Under the pieces are notes generated by a model, which was not told where the DNA came from, did not search any database, and saw only the letters and a program-made list of their open reading frames with translations. Position numbers and translations under genes: made by a program. Shown in pieces: positions 18,490 to 27,571 of a stretch of DNA of 64,000 bases (positions within the stretch are counted from its first letter, which is position 1; each line of letters begins with the position of its first letter). The stretch covers positions 1 to 64,000 of the forward strand of contig JAEOTO010000031.1 of assembly GCA_016839805.1 (NCBI GenBank), in the 5' to 3' direction. The DNA comes from Candidatus Hermodarchaeota archaeon (GTDB taxonomy: Archaea > Asgardarchaeota > Hermodarchaeia > Hermodarchaeales > Hermodarchaeaceae).

Positions 18490-19397
18490 TTGGGTGGTTT
18501 CCCTTGAAGGAGAAGTGATCGAATCCCATCTTCGAGTTCGGATCCGGTAAGGCGTCGGAGACGGATATGAGGGTAGGCTGTTCGGAAGGCAATTTGCAGG
18601 GTTTGGAGGTCATGTTGAGTCTGATTTTCAAGAACTTCTTCGGATACACTATCATTGCTGATTGAGCTATCTCGGCGTGTTCCTAAGAGTAACCGGGTTT
18701 TCCACATTCCACCCCATCGCCATGTAAATGCGGCTTGCTGGGTATTATCGAGATTACTCAAAGTATTTTGTGCCTCATTGGAGAGAGCAGCATGACTTGG
18801 CAGGGATTGGCTGGGAACTGGTGCATGTAATAGAGCGTAGAAGAGGGGGACGCCAGCACTGTATATGGCTCGGATAAAGGCGGACATATTTCCGCGTATA
18901 CCGACTGGAACTTTATCGATGACTAAGAGTGCTGTGGCAGAGATTCCTCCTTTGTGCGACATTAGTAGCACATCCTGATTAGGTGTAAGAAAAAATTCTA
19001 CATCAGCGAGTGGATAGATTTGGTGATTTTCAGTTGTGCTGAGATGTTTCTTGCTTTTGAAGACATTTCGCAGAATCTGTCGAGTACGTGGAAAGAAGAT
19101 GATGGTACTTATACTTTGTAATAGGAGAAAGAGTCCGATTGCTGTTGGTGTCGTGATAAGTGGAATGAGTATCATGCACAGTGCGGTATTAATGATGAGG
19201 GTTAGAAACCAGGATCTGCAAGAGCGTGTCTGTTGTTGATCTTCTGTGCTTCGCCAGAACCACCCGGTAAAACGCATTTCATCTTGGATGGAGACGGTTG
19301 GTCGTTGGCGTGAGGACGATGGGGTACCGGCTTGGGCCGCCAGAACACGTGTTTGTGTAGAAGTAGTTTCAAACCAAGATTCTTTTTTTGCACACAT
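18480..19397 (-). CDS. Two-TM membrane protein; zero-frame N-terminal part of the frameshifted VirB4/HerA-like gene (probable start ATG 19397)
   Basis: AGGTGA RBS before MCAKKESW; two TM helices then a soluble domain; ends PPNFF* on the slippery site. Confidence 0.75.
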   Translation of the reverse strand: MCAKKESWFETTSTQTRVLAAQAGTPSSSRQRPTVSIQDEMRFTGWFWRSTEDQQQTRSCRSWFLTLIINTALCMILIPLITTPTAIGLFLLLQSISTIIFFPRTRQILRNVFKSKKHLSTTENHQIYPLADVEFFLTPNQDVLLMSHKGGISATALLVIDKVPVGIRGNMSAFIRAIYSAGVPLFYALLHAPVPSQSLPSHAALSNEAQNTLSNLDNTQQAAFTWRWGGMWKTRLLLGTRRDSSISNDSVSEEVLENQTQHDLQTLQIAFRTAYPHIRLRRLTGSELEDGIRSLLLQGKPPNFF

Positions 19398-19411
19398 TTT
19401 TTGGTTCACCT

Positions 19412-19936
19412 TTAAAGGATGAGTAAGAGGAAGAGACCGAAGCCAAGACCGCTGAGGAAGAGGCTGAAGGTTGAATAGGTCTTGAGCTCGAGTATGTATG
19501 GAACTGTTAGGAAGGGTAGGGGAACAAGAAGGGGAAGAAAGATTAGGACCCATTGGAAGGTGTAGGGTCTATTCAGATAGTTTACAACAAGGAACGTGAT
19601 AGTAAAAATACTGGATACACAGGCGTAGAGGGCAAATTGTGACCATGAGTGCTTATATGGAGATTGGTTAGCTGAGGGTAGGATTATTTCTTGAATGTGG
19701 GGTTGTAGATTCGTATCTAACTTGTTATTATTTGTGGAGTGAAGGGGCTGTCCTTGATTTTGATTAGGTTGTGTGAAAACAAGTAAGAGATGTTGTTTTG
19801 CAAAGTCATTGGATTGTTTGCCTTGTCGGGTTTTTCGATAGATTTGCCATGCAATTAGAATCTCAATGAAAAATCCGATGATGATAATGATTGTGAGAGA
19901 ATTAAACCAGTTAGCCATGTGGGGACTCACCTTCAT
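19412..19936 (-). CDS. Hypothetical 4-TM membrane protein
   Basis: One N-terminal and three C-terminal hydrophobic helices; closely spaced or overlapping with its neighbours. Confidence 0.7.
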   Translation of the reverse strand: MKVSPHMANWFNSLTIIIIIGFFIEILIAWQIYRKTRQGKQSNDFAKQHLLLVFTQPNQNQGQPLHSTNNNKLDTNLQPHIQEIILPSANQSPYKHSWSQFALYACVSSIFTITFLVVNYLNRPYTFQWVLIFLPLLVPLPFLTVPYILELKTYSTFSLFLSGLGFGLFLLLIL

Positions 19937-22900
19937 TTGTTTTGGAGTTCATCTCCTTTGAGAAAAAGTGAAAGAGCCGGTTTACCAGTTCAGGATTTTC
20001 CCCTTTCACTTTTATGTGGAGTTCATTGCCGTTTTTCTCCCAGGTCAATACCACCCGATTTTTTGTACGGTCCTTTGTCTCAGCCTTGTTTAATCCAAAC
20101 TCTTTCATTGCTTGGGTGATTTGTCGGTGGACTTCAGGGGGAAGGATATTGAGCTGATGCTCTGTGGCATCTGTTGAGGACCCCCATTTCATCTCTCGAG
20201 AATTTGTGCCAGGAGGAATGAGGAGAGATGATGGCGTGGATTGAGTAGGAGGGTTGCGCTGGGCGCGTTTGCCGTTACGCATCCATATTATTCCGATAAC
20301 GCAGAGGCTGATAAGGAAGATTGGTGGGATTAATGTGATGATGAGATTTATTGTGGAGTGAGCAATGAAAATTTGATTTTCGACTGACATGATTCGGTAG
20401 GTTTCAAGATAGAGTGCGATGGAAACATAACGAATGCCGGTATCCATAATGGTTTGCGGGATGTACTGAACTGTTAATGAAATTGTTCGGATTTCATTGG
20501 GCTGGAGGATGGTTTGTGTAGAGCCGTAAAAATTCGCTTCGCCAACAATTTCAAAAGCGCGAGTTTGGGATCCAAGATTGGTTATATTTACTGTTACTTG
20601 GAAAGGTGTGTTTTGGATAACATCTTGGGGCATCTCAATGAGTGTTAACATGAAGGCAACCTGTACATTTAGAGGAACATGTTCACAATGTAGAATTAGG
20701 TCGGGTGTTGAAATCAGAAGAGTAAGGTTATGGAGTTGTGATGGACAATTGGGGAGAATTTGAACGTGTAGATGGTAGAGATTTTCACCTGGGGTGAGTA
20801 GGAGATTGGTTTTATTGATGTATCCAACTAGGGTTGCTGAGAGGCTTAGGTTGATGTTTGTTGGAGCATCCAAGCTTGAATTAATGAAACAGAATACTGA
20901 GAGCCGTTCACCTTGTTGAACGGATGACTCGTATTGTAAATAAGTTGAACATAGTGACAGTGGCGTTAAAATAAAGAGGGATTCAAGGTCAGGCTCAATG
21001 CAGGCATGGATGTAATGTGAGGCTGGGTTAGTGAGGAAGAGTGGAGTAGTGGTAATCCCTGATTCATTAGTGACTAGATGAGTGAGTTGTGGTTTGGGGA
21101 AATATTTGCAAGTGATGTTTACCTGGACTGGCTGATTAGAGTATCCTGTCCAATTGATGAAATTATAGACAAGAACATAAAGGATAGGAGTAGTTCCAAC
21201 GCGTGGATTTTTTTGGTCGATTCCTTGGCAAATCCCAAACGTAGTTTGATCGAGGAGCCATGAAAGACTGTTAGTAGCAATATGACCGCTATTGGAAGGT
21301 TGAGGTGTATTGAGTCCTAAGAAAACAATCGGAATTTGTGTTGATGTGGGTGGGAAATAGGCGAGGCTGCACCAGGAGGCATTTCCTACTAGGATGAGAG
21401 TGGGTGTTAATGGAGCAACCGCATAAACGAGGGGGCTATTTCTAAAGAGTTGTGCATCCTCTCCCATTAGTAAATGGGGACTTTGAATAATTGGATGAAA
21501 TGCCTTGAATCCCTCTACTCCGAGTGATTGGGTACCCCTTGAAGTTGTGGAGGTCATGGTTAATTCATGGAGTAACTGACAGCCAGCTTTTCCGAGAGCT
21601 AGAATAGGAATTGAGAGGTTAACTAATCGGAGTGCATTGATAGGTATGATGGTGAAACCTGGATCAAGGACCAGAGTCTGATATTGGTGGAGAGATGGAT
21701 CCAGGTAATCAGTGAGGGTGATATTGTTACTAGGGGATAATGTGGGATACCATTGAGCAAGGTAGTTGGGTGGTGTTGGGGGAAGATGGTAGGTTAGGGC
21801 AAGAATCGTTGCGATGATTAAACGAGTGATGTTTAATAGATTAATAGTACTGCATTGGATTTCTGTATCATGGAATGTGTGTTTGTACGGGTCAGGGTAT
21901 TGATCTGTTGAGAGAGTGAGTGAAGGGATAGAATTAGTATGAAACATCCACTCTGAAATACTCCATGCTTGAGACTTTTGAACTTCTTCCAACGTATTTG
22001 CGCGAGGTTTTTCAGTATCTAAGAGTGAGAATCCTAGATTAGTACTTGCAGCGGTTAAATTTGAAAGAAGGGGTTGGACGCCTTCATTGGGGTACCGATA
22101 GATTGCCAGGTTAGTGGGGAGGAACATACCCTTGTAGGCAATCTCATCGAGATTTAGAGCTATAGAGGTGGATTTGTTGATTCCTAATGTAGGTAGTCCG
22201 TGTTCTAGGAGTTGTAGTGATCCCCAAAGGGATAGGGAGCCATTGCCTTCTTCCCCACTGAGGAATGCGAATAGTACATTCCAATTCTGGTAAATTCCTG
22301 AGTGTTGCGTTAATACACAGATTGTTTCAAGGAGTGTTACGACACCGGAGGCATCGTCATTCGCACCTGGAGCGTTTGAGGATGCTAGACCTAATAGCGT
22401 GAAACGTGCTGAGTCAACGTGGCATGTGATGAGTAAGGTGGGAGCAGCCGGATTAACATCCCAGGGTGTCACGTATAGATTTCGAGTCCAGTATGTCTGA
22501 TAGACGTAGTCGATTCCATTCCAGACTCTTTTGGGTATGATGAACCAGTCTTCTGTATACGAAACGCCTATTTGGGTTAGGGAAGAGGTCACCCAGTCTA
22601 GTGAGGCATTTCCGTCGATATTGAAGGGATGACGACTGTCAAACCCTGTTAGGATGTGGAGAAGACCCAATAGACGCGTCACATTTACACGTGTTGCTAA
22701 TTCTCGCTGCCAGTGGGCTAGGCTTGATATATTTGCCACATATGCAACGGAAGGAGGGGACGATTCGGGTGGAGAAACATAGCAAGAATGTTGGAGGGGA
22801 AAAGCTGCTGTACGTGGCGGGGAACCGAGGGGAAAATGAGACGCAGATCTTGGCACTTCAGATACAGGTTGAGCTGAAGCTATGGCACCTAGCAGCAAGC

Positions 22901-22961
22901 TAGAAACAAATAGCGTATAGAGTGTGACGCGTCTCATGGGTTCTTCGATGAGTTGCGCCAA
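19911..22961 (-). CDS. Secreted, membrane-anchored M28-family metallopeptidase with Ig-like domains and cytoplasmic tail
   Basis: CHVDS, PGANDDASG, GEEG, LNLDEI, YKHTFHDT; signal peptide; TM near residue 880. Confidence 0.85.
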   Translation of the reverse strand: MAQLIEEPMRRVTLYTLFVSSLLLGAIASAQPVSEVPRSASHFPLGSPPRTAAFPLQHSCYVSPPESSPPSVAYVANISSLAHWQRELATRVNVTRLLGLLHILTGFDSRHPFNIDGNASLDWVTSSLTQIGVSYTEDWFIIPKRVWNGIDYVYQTYWTRNLYVTPWDVNPAAPTLLITCHVDSARFTLLGLASSNAPGANDDASGVVTLLETICVLTQHSGIYQNWNVLFAFLSGEEGNGSLSLWGSLQLLEHGLPTLGINKSTSIALNLDEIAYKGMFLPTNLAIYRYPNEGVQPLLSNLTAASTNLGFSLLDTEKPRANTLEEVQKSQAWSISEWMFHTNSIPSLTLSTDQYPDPYKHTFHDTEIQCSTINLLNITRLIIATILALTYHLPPTPPNYLAQWYPTLSPSNNITLTDYLDPSLHQYQTLVLDPGFTIIPINALRLVNLSIPILALGKAGCQLLHELTMTSTTSRGTQSLGVEGFKAFHPIIQSPHLLMGEDAQLFRNSPLVYAVAPLTPTLILVGNASWCSLAYFPPTSTQIPIVFLGLNTPQPSNSGHIATNSLSWLLDQTTFGICQGIDQKNPRVGTTPILYVLVYNFINWTGYSNQPVQVNITCKYFPKPQLTHLVTNESGITTTPLFLTNPASHYIHACIEPDLESLFILTPLSLCSTYLQYESSVQQGERLSVFCFINSSLDAPTNINLSLSATLVGYINKTNLLLTPGENLYHLHVQILPNCPSQLHNLTLLISTPDLILHCEHVPLNVQVAFMLTLIEMPQDVIQNTPFQVTVNITNLGSQTRAFEIVGEANFYGSTQTILQPNEIRTISLTVQYIPQTIMDTGIRYVSIALYLETYRIMSVENQIFIAHSTINLIITLIPPIFLISLCVIGIIWMRNGKRAQRNPPTQSTPSSLLIPPGTNSREMKWGSSTDATEHQLNILPPEVHRQITQAMKEFGLNKAETKDRTKNRVVLTWEKNGNELHIKVKGENPELVNRLFHFFSKEMNSKTNEGESPHG

Positions 22962-22988
22962 TTTGAATTGTTTATATGCGTTATGGTC

Positions 22989-23004
22989 TTGATTTTTAAA
23001 TCAA
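22989..23004. promoter_or_regulatory. Palindrome overlapping the TATA box of the M28 operon
   Basis: TTGATTT-TT-AAATCAA, about 30-40 nt upstream of the 22961 start. Confidence 0.4.
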
Positions 23005-23107
23005 TGATGATTAATACTTCCCAAGCAGAACTTTTTAGGAGGTTTTTTGATAGGAAAAAACAATTCTTTAAATATCACAGAGAGACGCTATTTTTACTAA
23101 CTGGGTA

Positions 23108-23374
23108 ATGGGAGAAAATAAAATGTCGAAAGTTCCAGATACCCCTGAAAATTTAGAAATCTGTAAACGATTTTGTGGACCCTGCCCTACCTTCAAACCC
23201 AACGAACTGAATAAGATTCCCCCGAATGCACTATTCTGTGCACGTGGCGCTTCCGAAAAACCCGCTGAAGAGATTGAAGATAAAGGTTGCAGTTGCTTCG
23301 GTTGTGAGGTCTTTCAGAAATACAAAATTAGTGGCGGGTGGTTCTGCATGCACGGTGTCGAGGGGCGCAAGTAG
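23108..23374 (+). CDS. Cys-rich DUF2769-family protein
   Basis: CGPCPTF...LFCARG...CSCFGCEV.....GWFC. Confidence 0.85.
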   Translation: MGENKMSKVPDTPENLEICKRFCGPCPTFKPNELNKIPPNALFCARGASEKPAEEIEDKGCSCFGCEVFQKYKISGGWFCMHGVEGRK

Positions 23375-23425
23375 CCCCTACCATTCTTTCTTTTTTCTTT
23401 CTCTCTTCGAATTATGATAATTACA

Positions 23426-24157
23426 CTTCTATAGAAAACCAAGAAAAATCTGAATAATGCTAAATTAAAATCAGTCTTATTTGCAGGTATTATATAAGAT
23501 GTACAAGGAGCGCTTGGGCGTAAACTTTTATTATGACAGCTCGTTGTATTAGAGATTGGATGGGAATACCAGTGCTCACCCAATAGAGGGAGGCACGTAG
23601 ATGCTTATCACACTCACGATTTGTTTGTTGATCTGGCTGATACTTCGATCCAAGAAATCACTCGTCCGATTTACAGTGTTTCTCCTGGCCTTGGGCATAG
23701 CCGCAGTTACCGCATATTTCAGCGCATTTTGGTTGATAGACCAGATTCAATTGGGACCTTACACCTACACCTTTTGGGCTCAGACAAGTTTTCCTCTATC
23801 CATTGTCGGGGTTCACGATGAAACCAATAACATCTACGAATACGCAGTCATGTTAGGTGGACCCGGTGGTTTAGGGGTGTTCAAATCGACGCTCTATTAT
23901 CCCACTGATGTATCAGCCCAGTTAGCCCAGTTACGGCTTGAAATGGGTATCATTATCTGGGTTCTAACAAGTGTCGTAACCACACTCGTTCTTCTGATAG
24001 CTGAAGCAATTCGAAAGACATCGCAGCGTGAACCGTCTTCCCAGTGAATGGGTATTAGAATTCTGTGGTGCGGAGAAGAACAAGATATGTGGCTTACTTC
24101 GGTCAGGGTTTCAAACTAAGAAATGATTCAGAATAATTTTCATCTTCTATAGAAAAC
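23426..24157 (+). repeat. Direct repeat CTTCTATAGAAAAC (23426-23439 and 24144-24157) flanking the 148-aa gene
   Basis: 14-bp identity, extending as ATAATT...CTTCTATAGAAAAC-N4-AAAAATC; the core TTCTATAGAA is palindromic. Confidence 0.7.
23601..24047 (+). CDS. Hypothetical membrane protein
   Basis: GGAGG RBS; three hydrophobic segments. Confidence 0.7.
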   Translation: MLITLTICLLIWLILRSKKSLVRFTVFLLALGIAAVTAYFSAFWLIDQIQLGPYTYTFWAQTSFPLSIVGVHDETNNIYEYAVMLGGPGGLGVFKSTLYYPTDVSAQLAQLRLEMGIIIWVLTSVVTTLVLLIAEAIRKTSQREPSSQ

Positions 24158-24223
24158 ATATAAAAATCAACTTAATTCCGCCGCAATCTGAAACACTACA
24201 GTGTTTGATTCGAGGCGTATTAT

Positions 24224-26428
24224 GTGAAACCAGAGCACAGAAGGACTCCTAATACAGTGCCAGTTGGTGATCGTTTCTCAGACTCTGAGTGGGGGATTCA
24301 TCCGGCTATTGCAGATATCTTGATTGATGAAGGGATTCGACAACTTCACACTATTCAATATCAGGCTTTGAAGCAAGGTGCGCTTCAAGGAGAAAATCTG
24401 CTCGTGTGCTCACCGAGTGGATCAGGAAAGACCCTGATTGGCGAATTGGTGTGTGTTCACAAGGGGATGGATGGGCAGAAATCCTTCTTTCTCGTTCCAT
24501 TGCGTGCCTTGGCTAGTGAAAAATTTCTACGATTTCAACGTCGGTATCACAAATTGGGTTTACGAATCGGTATTTCCACAGGAGATTATATAACGGAGCC
24601 TAGTGAACTCGAGAAAATCGACATAGCTATTCTCACCTATGAACGCTTTGACTGGTTAATTCGAATGGAGCCAGATTGGTTAGATCAATTAGGAGCAGTC
24701 GTGATTGATGAAATTCATAACATCGACACCCAAATCCGCGGTCCCCGCTTAGAATGTTCTATTACCCGATTACGTCAAGCTTATCCAAAGATTCAAATTA
24801 TTGGACTAAGTGCTACTGTCGCGAATCCTCAGGAACTAGGGGAATGGATGGGATGTAAATTAATTTATTCTGAGGACAGACCGGTGGCCCTATTGCATCG
24901 AGTAATCATTGCCCCCAAACCCCTGCAAACACTTGCTAGATTAGTTCGAGCCACAGTTCGGAAAGGAGGACAAGTACTCATTTTTACTCCTTCAAGACGT
25001 GAAGCGGAGCGAGTCAGTCTTACTCTCGTAAATGTCATTCGTCCACTTCTTGAATCGACTGACAAGAAGGCCCTCGAAGAATTCCATAGTCTTATCAATT
25101 TTTCTGAGGAAACTCCATTTGTACATGAGAGACTCGCAAAACGCTTACAGTTCGGAGTTGCGTTTCACCACGCAGGTCTTGATACCACGTCACGCCGAAT
25201 TATCGAAGCCCTGTACCAGAACCAGCTATTGAAAGTAATATGTTGCACAACCACGCTTGGATCTGGCATTAACACTCCTGCGCGTTTAGTGGTTTTGTTT
25301 CAGCCACTACTTACGCCACAAAGCCATAATGGTCAGTATACCATATCGCATCTTAAGGCCAATCGCGTACACCAGATTCTTGGTCGTGCAGGACGTCTTG
25401 GTCAGGAATCACTTGGATTTGCTATCCTTCTTGCCAACGGCCCCAAAGAAGCTGAAACTCTTCACGAATTATATTTCAATAATGAAAACGGAAACTCCGT
25501 GCCACGGTATAATCAGGTGTGTAGTCAACTGTTCTCTATTCAAAATCTCCGGGAACAAATCCTAGTCCTTGCAGCTCAATCAAATGGCACATCGCCTACA
25601 GAGATTGAACAGTTTTTCAAACGAACCTTTTGGTGGCATCAGAACCAGACAAAGAATCCACAATCCCGATTCGAACAGCTCATCCGAATTGGGAGCCTTG
25701 ATATTGAAACTTTGCTCTCAACCCAAAGTCAACTCAAATCAATCCAACGCCATAAAGAACGCGAACCGCGAGTAGAATTAACGCTTCTTGATCAAGATAG
25801 AATTGAAGGAAGGATTTTCGATGGTGGTTGGTTTACTAGCGCGTTTACCAAGTCAGGACCAGTGTGTAGCTGCTGCCAACAGCGGGAAGACTTAACCCTT
25901 TGCTCCCATCTATTAGCTTTGGCTCGATTTTCAGCAACACAATATCCTCAGTATGCACGTGAAATCGTACCAAGAAGCCTCAAAGAAGAATTTGTCCTTG
26001 ATTACCTAGAACGCCATGGATTACTTGCCCTGAGTGATAATCGATATTTAGCTACCATCTTGGGAAAAGTAGCTGTTAAGTTGTATATAAGACCAGAAAC
26101 CGCATTATGGATTCGATCTCGTCTACCTGTTATCACCTCAAGCTCTAGTTTCATCGAAGTTATAGTTCAGGGATTACGTTTTGAGTGCGACCCCCCGAAC
26201 AGTGTTGGATTATCCCGGGGTCTACTACATCTTGCAGAGAAAGCAGATTCCTCAATAGCCATTGCAGCGCAAAGAGAGAAGGTTGAGATAGGAGATTTAG
26301 AGAGCATACTCCAAACGGTTGTTTGGCTAGCAAAAGTAACGATAACAATTGCACGTTCAGTTGGTATTGATGGAGTTGCTTTGATAGGGGAACCGATTGT
26401 CCAAGCGTGGGACGGGTATCTAGGCTAG
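24224..26428 (+). CDS. Ski2-like (Hel308/Hjm-family) SF2 helicase with an inserted SWIM zinc finger
   Basis: PSGSGKT, DEIH, LSAT, FHHAGL, QILGRAGR; CSC...CSH SWIM motif. Confidence 0.9.
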   Translation: MKPEHRRTPNTVPVGDRFSDSEWGIHPAIADILIDEGIRQLHTIQYQALKQGALQGENLLVCSPSGSGKTLIGELVCVHKGMDGQKSFFLVPLRALASEKFLRFQRRYHKLGLRIGISTGDYITEPSELEKIDIAILTYERFDWLIRMEPDWLDQLGAVVIDEIHNIDTQIRGPRLECSITRLRQAYPKIQIIGLSATVANPQELGEWMGCKLIYSEDRPVALLHRVIIAPKPLQTLARLVRATVRKGGQVLIFTPSRREAERVSLTLVNVIRPLLESTDKKALEEFHSLINFSEETPFVHERLAKRLQFGVAFHHAGLDTTSRRIIEALYQNQLLKVICCTTTLGSGINTPARLVVLFQPLLTPQSHNGQYTISHLKANRVHQILGRAGRLGQESLGFAILLANGPKEAETLHELYFNNENGNSVPRYNQVCSQLFSIQNLREQILVLAAQSNGTSPTEIEQFFKRTFWWHQNQTKNPQSRFEQLIRIGSLDIETLLSTQSQLKSIQRHKEREPRVELTLLDQDRIEGRIFDGGWFTSAFTKSGPVCSCCQQREDLTLCSHLLALARFSATQYPQYAREIVPRSLKEEFVLDYLERHGLLALSDNRYLATILGKVAVKLYIRPETALWIRSRLPVITSSSSFIEVIVQGLRFECDPPNSVGLSRGLLHLAEKADSSIAIAAQREKVEIGDLESILQTVVWLAKVTITIARSVGIDGVALIGEPIVQAWDGYLG

Positions 26429-26451
26429 TTTTTTCAAAGCTTCTCTGCGAC

Positions 26452-27195
26452 TCACAGAGCTTGGAAACCTAAGTTATCGAGTTGGACTAAAAGGCGTTGA
26501 ACATTTGGATGTTTTCGACGACGAATTACCATCCAACGGTGAGTCGAATCTAGTCCCTTTCGGCGTTGGAGTTGAATTTCTAATATAGCATATCGGCTGA
26601 TGGCATCACCGCCTACGGGTCGGTCTTCCCCTTGCCAGGTAGAGATTTGGTTAATAACAAGGATTGCCAATTCATAATCTCGGGCTAGTCCGAGTAAGCG
26701 AGGAAGTTGATGTTCTGTTAACTCTCTGTAAAAAGTAATTGCTGTTTGAGGAGTCATTCGTTGACGGTATAATCCCGTGATTGGATCAATGACGATAAGA
26801 CGTATGGTTGGATCCAAGAATAGATGAAGTTTGGAAATAAGCTCAGATTGCTCGTTGAAGGTTCGGGGATAAAAGAGGGTGAGACGATGAGCCGGGAAAG
26901 AAGGGGCGGCTGCTAATTGAAGTAGACGCCGTGGGTTGTAGCTGCGAGCACAATCAATGATGAAACATCCACTACCTTTTCTGGCGAGGTGAAGAAATGC
27001 TTCCATTGCAAGGGTAGATTTTCCTACTCCTGCAGGTCCGTAGATATGGGTAATTCCGCCAAGTGGTAAACCACCTAATCCTACATCAATGAAGTGATTT
27101 CCTGTAAGAAGTGCTGGGGGGTTTTCGTGGTTGTGTGGACTAGTTGAGAGGAACGGCACGTACAGTATCCTCCCGTTTTTCGAGGAACCCTTCAA
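26452..27195 (-). CDS. radB: RadB-like RecA-family ATPase
   Basis: GGLPLGGITHIYGPAGVGKST, LIVIDPITGLYR, VINQI, PVGGD; lacks the RadA N-terminal domain. Confidence 0.75.
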   Translation of the reverse strand: MKGSSKNGRILYVPFLSTSPHNHENPPALLTGNHFIDVGLGGLPLGGITHIYGPAGVGKSTLAMEAFLHLARKGSGCFIIDCARSYNPRRLLQLAAAPSFPAHRLTLFYPRTFNEQSELISKLHLFLDPTIRLIVIDPITGLYRQRMTPQTAITFYRELTEHQLPRLLGLARDYELAILVINQISTWQGEDRPVGGDAISRYAILEIQLQRRKGLDSTHRWMVIRRRKHPNVQRLLVQLDNLGFQAL

Positions 27196-27571
27196 CCTTC
27201 AACAGTTCAATTGCCTCTTGGATCTCTTTGGGAAGTAATCCGACCTCAATACCTTGTTGATAGACTTCATGAATTGGTAACCATTGAGGATATGTTGATC
27301 GATGCCATCGGAGTATTTGAAGTAGTTGCTTTGCAGGGCTTTGATTGAGGTGTAGGTTTGGAGGTTGTTTCACGTTATGTAAGGCATATTGAGATGTTTG
27401 CACTAGCTGTTGGGCTTCGCGGGAGCTATTCACGATTTGTCCATCTAATTCATGAAGTGGTACTTTCGCGTCACAGCGTGGGCAATAATTACGATGAATC
27501 CCAATTGGTACATAAGTGAACTCTTTACATTTGGGACACTGAACAACTTTGTATTTGCGTGCCATTCTCAA
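27140..27571 (-). CDS. Zinc-ribbon (DUF1922/DUF5817-like) plus winged-helix protein
   Basis: CPKC...CPRC; C-terminal wHTH EIQEAIELLKVEGFL. Confidence 0.75.
   Translation of the reverse strand: MRMARKYKVVQCPKCKEFTYVPIGIHRNYCPRCDAKVPLHELDGQIVNSSREAQQLVQTSQYALHNVKQPPNLHLNQSPAKQLLQILRWHRSTYPQWLPIHEVYQQGIEVGLLPKEIQEAIELLKVEGFLEKREDTVRAVPLN

Noticed and set aside
19398-19553. Long overlap between the track's 357-aa and 174-aa ORFs
   Set aside because: Artefact of choosing the longest start; ATG 19397 with an AGGTGA RBS removes the overlap
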